This document shows, piece after piece, positions 52,901 to 61,618 of a stretch of DNA of 64,000 nucleotides. Location of the stretch: the NCBI GenBank assembly GCA_965202585.1, contig OZ241834.1:37262001-37326000 (forward strand), given 5' to 3'. The notes under the pieces are model-generated. The model was not told where the DNA came from. It did not search any database and worked only from the letters and a program-made list of their open reading frames with translations. The position numbers and the translations under genes were made by a program. Position 1 is the stretch's first letter. Every line of letters begins with the position of its first letter. The DNA comes from Thalia democratica (Eukaryota).

Positions 52901-55900
52901 ACTACTGTGTGTAAGATTAAACTACTTTTAAAAGTTTTAGAGATATGGTATCACCCATTTATTTTTAAAACCTAGAAATATTCAAATATAAAAGTATATG
53001 TAACAAATTTAACTCACATATTTACTTTTTAAAAACTAAAAATCATCATATATTGTTTTGATTTAGTTAGGTATTTTTTACTTCTCATTGTAACTTATAC
53101 AAGCTTCCCTTTCTATACAAGCTTTTCTGTAGAACATAGTTCATAGTAACAGGAAATCACGATTGTAAAGAAAGTTTCATTTTGTAAAATATTTAAATAT
53201 TAAGTATAAAATTATATTTATCTGTTTTAAATGTTTAAAATTTTTAACACTAAGTAGCTTAACTCATATATTTTAAACTAAACGTTTGTAGTTTAAATTT
53301 ATTGTATATTAAATATTTTTTAGTATAGTTTTAAGTAAATGTTTATATGATTTAAAAAATAATGTTTTAATTTTCGACTTAGGTATTTTATAAGAAACAA
53401 AAATATTTGTAGAAGTAGTTATCAAAACAAAAAATCTATTTATAAAACGACTACAATAGTTTAAGTTTGTCTTTTAGTTTTTCTACTCACACTATCAAAT
53501 TTATCACACATCAATTATTTGAAAGTTATGTAAAAAATTTATATACAATAGTTCTGCTAAATTGCTTAATTTAAGGAGACATACGTATAACACTTAACTT
53601 TTGTTATAGTACGGCCAATATCTGAAGAAAAAATGTTTTTAAAGTTCTATAAATTTTTGAATTTTAGTTTAAATTCAATGCAGTAAATGTATTTTTTATC
53701 AACAAAATCTGTTTTATAGTTTTTAAGTTTTTTAAATTAAACCAAAATTAGATAATCTCTGTGTTATATTGTTCTACAACTATATAGTTTTGATAATTTC
53801 AGCTACAATTATTAAGTATGTCAAAGTTTTAAGTTAAAAATGATAAATAAATAAACATTTTCAGCTACAAATACATAGTAAAAGACCAATATGTAACAAA
53901 TAAATAATAATAACAATTAATAAATTATTTTCCAGTTACAAGTACATTGTGAAAAATCACTATGTAGCTACTAAATACTAATAATAAATTAATTATTTTT
54001 ACTTACAAGTACATTGTGAAAGATCGTTATGTACCGAATAATAATAATAAATTAAATACTTTTCTAGTTACAAGTACATAGTAAAAGATCACTATGTAGC
54101 AATTAAAGAATAATAATTAATTATTTTATAGTTACAAATACATAGTGAAAGATCACTACGTAGCAATTAAATAATAATAAATTAATTATTATATAGTTAC
54201 AAGTACATTGTGAAAAATCGTTATGTAAAAACTTTGTAATAAATTAATTATTTTTAGTTACAAGTACATTGTAAAAGATCACTATGTAGCAATTAAATTA
54301 TAATAAATTAATTATTTTCTAGTTACAAGTACATTGTGAAAGATCATTATGTAAAAACTTAGCAATAAATTAATTATTTTCTAGCTACAAGTACATAGTG
54401 AAAGATCATTATGTAAAACTTTGTAATAAATTAATTATTTTCTAGTTACAAGTACATAGTGAAAGATCACTACGTAGCCGCTTCTGCGATGGCCGATTTG
54501 TCAATGTTGTTGGTGAAACAAGAAAAATTTGAAGAAGCCCAACAAATAGCCAAATACGCAAAGTTTGTTTATCTTTTATATAAAGTTAATTAGTTTATTT
54601 TAATTAGTTTGTATGGGGCTATAATAAAACTAAAGGTATGAAACTAGTTATTTTATACTGTAGATTTAAAAGTACTGTTTTATTCAGTGAAAAATATGGT
54701 TTGTAGCAGGACTTGAGGTTGTAAATTTTAATCCTTCTAAAGTAATACTTATTAATAAACTTTAATTTGTTTTTAGCTATTTAGAGGTCTACCATGACTT
54801 TTTTTTTGTATTTAGAAAAACGAAATTTTTTAATAACTGCATCTGTGATATTACATTTTTTATACATAATTTTTAGTTAAAAATATGGATTAACATTCCA
54901 TAAACTTTTTACAAGTTATTAAACATGAAAAACTTGTTCTAAAAAATATTAAGAAAAACTTGTTTTAAGTTCCTTCATCCAAGTTTTTCATAAAAAATTA
55001 GTCGTTGTATTGAAAAGTTCTGCATAGTTGCGTGATAAAAATCTCTTTTAACTTAAGATTTTTAGTAAAAACTTTTATATTAAAGTTGATTTAAAGATAT
55101 AACTTTGTATTAAAGCTCTTATGAAAAAATGTTCAGAATAACTTGTTTAAATTCTCTCACTAAAGTTTCATAAAATAAGTGTTTAAAAGTTCTGCAGAGA
55201 ATTGGTGTAAAACTTTTAATCACGATTGAATTAGCATTTATTTAAATACCTTTATAAAATGGTTTATTTAAAGGTATAATTTCGTATTAATGCTTTTAGT
55301 GTTATTTTTTTTGTTATTATTTATTAGTATTACACATGAGATATCTGTACTAACCTTTAAAAAAGTTACTATTATTATAATGATCGTGTTAATAAATATA
55401 TATTTTGCTTATTTACATCATAAACCGATATTTTTTTATTGATTTTATGAATTTGCGTTAAAATGTCTCTAATTTATATTGATATCTCATATCTTTTCAT
55501 TTAAAAATTAGCTTATTTGATAAAAATAATTTAAAGTCTAACTATACGTTTGCTAACAGTATTTTAATAATTTTAGTCAAATTTTTAACATTTTATTACA
55601 GTTTCAATAAATCAATCTTGTCATTAAAATCCTTTTTATCTAAATTATTTCTGAATTATATATATTTTTATAAATGTTTACAAAAATTTAAGTAGTTATA
55701 GTTTAAATGTTGTCAGAAAAATTAATTAACATTTTTTTTAGTTAAAGTTTAACTAAACATTGAAAAAATTAATAAGACTATTGTTTTAAATTTTCTCTTA
55801 TTGTCGAACAATTGAATTATTCTTGATTAAACACTGCTATAAACTATGTTATTGTTTATAAAGCACTTTCCTTTTAAATTATACATGTAGAACAAACTCA

Positions 55901-57976
55901 AATTACTTAACTTAAAAATCTATTGAAGTGAATAATTTGTTTTACTAAATATGTTGTTAATCTACAGTTTAGTTTAATAGATTTTAATCTTCTTGAAAGA
56001 AAAATATTAAAAGTAGGAACATTTTGTAATCCGTATTTTGTCAAAATGTATGACATTAATTTGCTTTTTTTCTTAAAATAAGTATATTACTAAAATTGTA
56101 ACATATTTTTATAAGTTATTATTCTGTCTTTAAAAATACAAATATTTAATGGTTGAAAAAATACTTGAGGTGTAATAAAAAGTATTTTTTGCGCTTTAAG
56201 TTATTTACTAAAATCAAAGCTTTTCATCGTAATTTTATTTTATAAAAACCACTTATTACCATGAAGGTCTAAGTATAACATCTTTAAATTAGTAAAAAGA
56301 AAGTCTATTATATTGTTGTAAAATTTAGTAGTGTTTTTTAATGGTAGTTATTTAATCGTATTTTTCATGTTTTTATGTATTTTGTTTGTATTTGTTCGTA
56401 TTAAAAATTAATTGTAATTTAGCCAATAACTATAGTTCAAATCAAGTTTAATAGTAAAAAATATATTGATTTAAAATAAATTCTAAAGTGTTGCCAAGAA
56501 ACCCTTTTATCACAAATTCTCAATAAAATGTTAGAAATAGTTTGTTACCAATTACCTAAATAAAATACAGAGTTAAATAGTTTACGTTTATTAATTACCA
56601 TAAACATGTTTTATATTTAATAAATTACAATTTATGATGTGTGAAACAATGATTTATAGGTATGAACTTATAAAGAAGTAAATCTTTCATTTGGTTTGAA
56701 ATTAAATTAATTGTTTAACAGATAATTGTTTTCGTTTTGTTTAGGTTTTTAAAATTTTAGATTTGTGAATTTTCGAATGTGAGTACAAATTTTTCTCTGG
56801 TTTAAATATCTATAAATGACGAAGGAAATAAATTTTATATATAATTCTCCTTTTTTTTGTTTTAATTAAAAACATGTACTTTGTATAATATTTGCAGTAA
56901 ACAAGGTTTATAAGAGAATATTCCTGGAAGTAAGTTTGTTGAAATTCAATAGACTTTCTTACTACTCATACTGAATAACTCAATTGAAAAGTATATTTTT
57001 AGCTTTTAAAAACAGTTTTTTGATTTTTCTCAATAAAAAAAATATATAACCTATTGCCTTGGTTTTAGCTGAATAATATAATGACCTGTTTTCATTTTTT
57101 TTGATTTGATTCTCTGATTTTTCACTGATTATTTTGAACTTAATGATGTAATAAAGAAATAGTAAAATATAAAAAGTTTTCAAAAAAGTAATAAATTTGT
57201 ATTAGTTACATTATAAAACATATGATTCATAAAAATATGTTAAAACTATCCATTGTTAAAATATATCTGTTTAACAAAAACGTTCTAAAGTATACAAATA
57301 AACTCACAAATTATTTTAAACTTCTTAAGGTGTATTACTTATTTACACAGCTAAATAAATATTTAGTTAATGTAGTAAGAGTTAATTTAACTATTACACA
57401 GAACAACTTAAAAAACTTACTTTAACAATATAACATTTCATTTTTTTCATAGTAGTACTGTTTAATGAGTAAAAATATTACAGTTTTAATTTCCACAAGA
57501 TTAATACACTTAATTTTATCTTTTTAATCAAAGCTTAAAGTACCACATATATTTGAGAAAAATTTTGATTAAAAGCTCTAACAATTTGATAACACATGTC
57601 TACAATCTTGTCTGGAAAATTATATACTTGATAGTTTTATTATATTTATCAATGTTGTAAAACTACTAGAAATTGTAAATGATTACAATTAGTTATTACT
57701 AATGTTGTTTTATAATAAAATTTTTGACCGGATAAAATTAATTAGAGTATAATAGCATTTAATGGAACTTTTTCAAAACAAATTTAAATTGTTAATTTTT
57801 AAATTCTCGATGGAAGCCATTAAACTATTTGTCAAAAGTTTATCAAAGTATTTTGTTTATTTATTTTGATTAATTTTTTTCACAGGAAAAACTATTCCCA
57901 TTACTCGATGGAATCCAGGATTCACTTCCGATTGCACGCAGTGACGTCATACGTTAAAACTGGAAGTAAACAATGA
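34939..57976 (+). CDS. TTC39B: Tetratricopeptide repeat protein 39 (TTC39A/B-like), 16 coding exons, 583 aa
   Basis: Manual splice: 34939-34977, 35552-35688, 36353-36428, 36819-36874, 37554-37618, 38200-38267, 38653-38811, 39878-40052, 40651-40784, 42562-42701, 45488-45586, 46346-46463, 50494-50632, 51072-51210, 54446-54562, 57886-57976. Total 1752 nt, all introns GT-AG, phases consistent. Motifs recalled from TTC39: NLFFNNQF, ELHAEVIYAE, MSLLPARV..LKWIGF, YPNG..F..GRI, FCYWELM, WSKC.Y.Y, GKSLPIEKFV.RKARK, DHY, YSMESRIHFRLH. A versus B orthology cannot be resolved by eye. Confidence 0.93.
35552..35688 (+). CDS. TTC39B: TTC39 exon 2 (WEDATG...NLFFNNQFGEAKKLCAE)
   Basis: ctag| acceptor, aa|gtttgt donor. 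Confidence 0.9.
36353..36428 (+). CDS. TTC39B: TTC39 exon 3 (SSTSIYHSIGKSTLLYLEAVMTFDA)
   Basis: acag| acceptor, |gtaagt donor; resembles SMYHALGYSTI..LQAVLTFE. Confidence 0.92.
36819..36874 (+). CDS. TTC39B: TTC39 exon 4 (KDIEVAITSIKQGLSLCE)
   Basis: ctag| acceptor, |gttagt donor. Confidence 0.88.
36875..37003 (+). repeat. Two echoes of the exon-4 3' end plus donor
   Basis: cactatatgaaaaa|gttagttttattt (~36917) and cactaagtaaaaa|gttagttttattt (~36973). Confidence 0.8.
37554..37618 (+). CDS. TTC39B: TTC39 exon 5 (MRKKQNLVGRLVGTSTNTYTE)
   Basis: acag| acceptor, |gtaatt donor, phases match. Confidence 0.85.
38200..38267 (+). CDS. TTC39B: TTC39 exon 6 (ELHAEVIYAELNLFYAMLTFIQ)
   Basis: ttag| acceptor, cag|gttgtt donor; conserved HAE..YAE motif. 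Confidence 0.93.
38653..38811 (+). CDS. TTC39B: TTC39 exon 7 (DESVMNLVKG...LGCGCFNI)
   Basis: atag| acceptor, |gttagt donor. Confidence 0.92.
39385..39806. mobile_element. hAT-type non-autonomous element
   Basis: TIRs caaggttccctaa / ttagggaaatcctg; near-perfect 8-bp TSD ttataaag / ttaaaaag. Confidence 0.75.
39878..40052 (+). CDS. TTC39B: TTC39 exon 8 (GMSLLPARVVAILKWIGF...ICSFV)
   Basis: ttag| acceptor, |gttagt donor; SLLP..IGF motif. Confidence 0.93.
40127..40608. mobile_element. MITE-like element with subterminal 19-20 bp tandem repeats (gggtcacttttgcacga)
   Basis: The left arm holds ~12 units and the right arm holds reverse-complement units; imperfect GGG...CCC termini; related element at ~30464-30781. 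Confidence 0.75.
40651..40784 (+). CDS. TTC39B: TTC39 exon 9 (TAELECD...YPNGIYFHFFAGRIQQFVGDFDK)
   Basis: ccag| acceptor, |gtaaga donor. Confidence 0.92.
42430..42561 (+). repeat. Two echoes of the acceptor plus exon-10 5' end
   Basis: tcag|gcatttgaacatcttaaaaaagcttca at 42439 and aag|gcaatagaacatttagaaaaag at ~42504. Confidence 0.88.
42562..42701 (+). CDS. TTC39B: TTC39 exon 10 (AIEHLEKA...FCYWELMCC...AEYAELL)
   Basis: ttag| acceptor, |gtgagt donor. Confidence 0.93.
42702..45105 (+). repeat. Tandem array (~120-125 bp unit, ~20 copies) of the TTC39 exon-10 3' end plus donor
   Basis: Unit = ttacaaattacaatacaaaaaagctgcggaatacgctgaattactagt|gtgagt plus intron; exact 120-bp period at 43801, 43921, 44041, 44161, 44281, 44401. 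Confidence 0.97.
45160..45487 (+). repeat. Echoes of the acceptor plus exon-11 5' end (2 clear, 2 degenerate)
   Basis: ataacag|agaacaatctaattggagtaaatgtctatatacttatctt at 45401, a similar copy at 45311, and fainter copies near 45215 and 45165. Confidence 0.88.
45488..45586 (+). CDS. TTC39B: TTC39 exon 11 (EQSNWSKCLYTYLHACFLY...MELM)
   Basis: acag| acceptor, |gtaagt donor. Confidence 0.9.
46346..46463 (+). CDS. TTC39B: TTC39 exon 12 (SVQGKKKKVSGKSLPIEKFVCRKARKF...PTM)
   Basis: tcag| acceptor, |gttcgt donor. Confidence 0.93.
46464..46776 (+). repeat. Three echoes (~103 bp period) of the exon-12 3' end plus donor
   Basis: gaagtttatcgagcaaggcgggagattagttgccccaactatg|gttcgt at 46524 and 46627; degenerate copy at ~46732. 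Confidence 0.93.
50251..50493 (+). repeat. Three or more echoes of the acceptor plus exon-13 5' end
   Basis: Copies at ~50258, ~50331 and ~50418 of gaattcatagctgtatggaatcaagtctcaatgctgaaa. Confidence 0.92.
50494..50632 (+). CDS. TTC39B: TTC39 exon 13 (EFIAVWNQVSML...KHLDN)
   Basis: ttag| acceptor, |gtaagt donor. Confidence 0.9.
51072..51210 (+). CDS. TTC39B: TTC39 exon 14 (LARHD...DDFCLLEKLKG...AEICYNGVKE)
   Basis: acag| acceptor, |gtttgt donor. Confidence 0.9.
53859..54445 (+). repeat. Tandem array (~60-70 bp unit, 9 copies) of the acceptor plus TTC39 exon-15 5' end
   Basis: Repeats of tttctag|ttacaagtacatagtgaaagatcactaygtag directly upstream of the real exon. Confidence 0.95.
54446..54562 (+). 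CDS. TTC39B: TTC39 exon 15 (YKYIVKDHYVAASAMADL...AKYA)
   Basis: ctag| acceptor, |gtttgt donor. Confidence 0.9.
57886..57976 (+). CDS. TTC39B: TTC39 exon 16 (KNYSHYSMESRIHFRLHAVTSYVKTGSKQ*)
   Basis: acag| acceptor, TGA stop; resembles the conserved C-terminal YSLESRLHFRI. Confidence 0.93.
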
Positions 57977-60900
57977 CGTCACAATATACGATAAATAATG
58001 ACGTACAAAAGTAAATGTATGGTGGTTGCAGAATTTATCGGTGAAGTTTTCAAAAAATGACACTTCTGTGTTGGGGCCATTTTTATTAGTTTTAAAATGT
58101 TTTTATTTTTATTTAAAGAAATTTAATCAGAAATGTTTGCATTAAAATATAAATTAGGTTTTATATCAAATATAAATCAATTAGAATAAAAGATTTAGTT
58201 TAAACAAATATTTTACATCAAACTATGTTTCATTATTTCCAAACTTTCTGGTGTGTCCAATAATTTTAATTTTATTATTTTCTTCCTTTCTATAGCAATG
58301 TGTTTCTGACGGTGCTGTTTTTATGTTTGTTTATTTCTATGTTTGTCTATTTAATACATTTTCTCTGATCATTAAAAAGTTGCTCTATTTTAGAAACGAA
58401 ACCATTTGTCGCTCTTTAGTAAAAGAGTTTTGGTTGAAAATATTTTATTATGATTGCTGTATCATTCGGAGCAGAAACAAAATTTTAGTTTTTATCATTA
58501 TCCATGTATACGAAGCATTTATTTTGATTGTCTTATAAGTATACTTTTCATACGTATCTTAAAGTTTCTTGTTTGAAAAAAATTACTTGATACATTGTTT
58601 TAACTTTTAACAAAATCAACTTTTATTATAAAGGCAGCAAATTTTATTTTATTCTAAATTTGATTGTTGGACTTTCTTAACAAATAATTTTAGCCTATAA
58701 GTTGTTTATAAAATTTAAGAAAATTCTGTCAAATCTTTTAGTTAATATTAAAAGCTGGATTTTTTGCTCTTTTAAATTCAGCAATTCTACAAAATTGTGA
58801 TTAAATATTTCTCTATTAAATAGATGAAATCTCAATTAGCAATTTTATTGTAAACCTCAATAAAATTGTCATTGTAATGAAAATATGCATCTATTTTTAT
58901 GTCAAAATTAGTTACAAAATGTTTTATTTCTGTTTTCTTCTTAAAATCATCTTTTTTCTTAGTTTACAACAAAATACTTTTTAAAATGTTTTTCTGTTTC
59001 TTACTTATTTTGCTTTTTTATGCTGAATAGTAGAGAAATTTATCATAATTACTCTTGGTTTTGTTTTATCCAATAAACTGAAGCAGTATTTTTGTGTGTC
59101 TAAGGTACTTTTTGTTTTTATTAAACTCTGACAAAAAAAACTACTTAATTAGTTACTCATAGTTTTACTTAGTACAACTACAATATACATAATAAAATAA
59201 GTATTTTGATAACTAGATTAAAGAACAGTGTTTTAGAAACACTGATATAAAGTAGAATAGTAAATTTGTTACATTTTTTTACATTTTGTTTTGTACAACA
59301 AATAACTTGAGTAAATTTTAAAATAACAATATACAATTTTTGGATTGTTTTGTTACAAGATATAGTTGATTAGTATTAATAAAACTACTTTAATAAACTG
59401 ATGTACAATATAAAATTAACTTTATGAATATAACCCAACAAGTTAAAAAGCAAGTTTTACTAAAAACAAAAGTTTTTAAACCCAAATAAAGTTTCATGCA
59501 TAACTCAAAACTTTTAAATAAAGTAAAGACTGCATCAGTTTTATATTAAAATAAATAATTATATATACAAAACATTAAAAAGTACATAAGTAAGAAAAAA
59601 ACTAGTTCTTTGTGGTTTTACTTAAACTAATACTGTATATGAGTATCTTTTTTAACTATTAAGATTGTTTTATGTTTGATGCACAAAGTATTTAAACGAC
59701 TCAAAATAAAAGTATTTTTAACTTCATCATTTACAAGTTTTTTATATTTTCCTTATTTTTTACTTGTTGAAGTATTGTAAATTAAAAACTTGTAACAGTT
59801 TTCGAGCTTAAGTTATTACTATAATGAACTACCACTAACTATGAAAAGTATTGTTTTTTTTTTTAAACTTCTGTCAAGGAGCTTATAAAAACATAGTTTT
59901 CAATTTTATTCTCAAAATGGAAAACTCCATCAAGGCACAAATAAAGCTTACATGGTCTCAAAACAACTTTCATAGTTCATACCTTTATTACAAAATTAAG
60001 TAAAAGATTATTATAAAAAAAAATTGTAACCATTTAATATCAAGAAAAATTGAATATCTTGTTTACATTTCATTCAGATTTATTTTAAAATATTTTGCAA
60101 AAGACTAATAAGTCATTGGGTTTGATAGAAGTTTTAAGTTTTTTAAAGATTTCATTAAATTAGTCTTGTTTGACAATTAAATTAATTAACTAAAATTTTG
60201 TCTAATTGTTTTGATTATAAAACTAAATATTAAAACAAAACTTTAAGTAAAAACCTTGTTAGTCTTTTTACAGTAGAAGTGTTTATTGTAAAAGTAAAAA
60301 GTTTTTTAAATAAAAGTTTTACTGGTGAGTTATTATGTTTTCTTTAAAAATATAAAAACTTGCGGAACTTATATTTTTGAGTAAATACTTAGTATAACCA
60401 ACTACTTTTTCAAGCACCAGTAAAATTATAAATATTAATCTTAATTTTGTTTGGTAAATGATAAAAACTTTGAGTATGTTCAACTGTTCCAGTGTTTGTT
60501 AACTAAAAAATTTATTTTATTCTAGAAAAACTGTAGTAAAATAACTTTTAAACTATACCAAACTATATATACAACTTTTTTAGAACTAATTGTTTTTTTC
60601 AACGTTGATTTTTAAAACTATTAGGTGGAAATATTATCTATAAATTTACTTTTTTGAAACATTTATAACTTAACATATGTTTAGTTTTTTCGAATGCATG
60701 GTTTATTATCTATTTTAAGCAAACAGTTTTTAGTTTTATACAACTAGTAAACTTTTATACAAGAAAAAATTCTTTAAAATTCCCTATATATATCGTTTAA
60801 TTTGTAATAATTTAATCGTATTCAAAACTTTGAAACAAGTAATTTAGGGAAAGAATTTAACAATAATAATCTTTGTTTTTTGTTACTTATTGCAAAAGTT

Positions 60901-61088
60901 TAATTTAGAGTTAGTATTTTTATTGTTTTAATATGTTTAAAGCTAATACTTGAAACTGAATTATATATTAATACACACATATTAATTAACGTATACTTCT
61001 ACATTTTATAATTAATTTTACTTGTTGTAACTAAAAGTATTATAATAACTAGTATATTTATAAATCTATAATACTTAATGAATAACAT

Positions 61089-61161
61089 AACATTATAGCT
61101 TAGTGGTAATAACTCAGAAACAATTAAACCGAAGGTAGTAAGTTCGAGTCCCAGCTATGTT
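61089..61161 (+). pseudogene. tRNA-like relic or tRNA-derived SINE head
   Basis: A-box-like TAGCTTAGTGGTAA, B-box GTTCGAGTCC, followed by a T-run; anticodon arm not paired. Confidence 0.5.
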
Positions 61162-61281
61162 AATTTTTAATACAAGAAACAACATTTGCTCCAAGTTGAA
61201 CAAAGATTTTCTATCTTTAAAAAATTCGTGATGCATTTAATGATACGTAGAAAATATATACAAGTATTTGTCATCATTTTA

Positions 61282-61618
61282 AATAGTTCTCGTAGCCTAG
61301 CGGTTTCAAAGCCGTAGAATCAACTGCGTAGCAGTTGAACAAAGATCGAATCTCATTAGAGGTAATTTGACTGAATAAAACTCAATTAATAAAGCTAGCT
61401 ACGTTAGTTAGATAATTTTTTTAATACTTCACTTGGTAGACTAAAAAAGTACTCTGAAGTGTGCATTTTATTTGTATTTGGACGTGGACCTTGTTGATGT
61501 GCACCACGTTGGATTTGATCTTGCAACCGCTACGCAGTTGCTTCTAAACAACATCCTCAATCGCTTCAACTGCTACGCGGTTAATTTAAAGACTTAACGT
61601 TAGGCTATGTGAACTATT
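61282..61618. mobile_element. MITE with ~21-bp TIRs
   Basis: aatagttctcgtagcctagcg vs cgttaggctatgtgaactatt; inverted subterminal caactgcgtagcagttga motifs. Confidence 0.7.
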
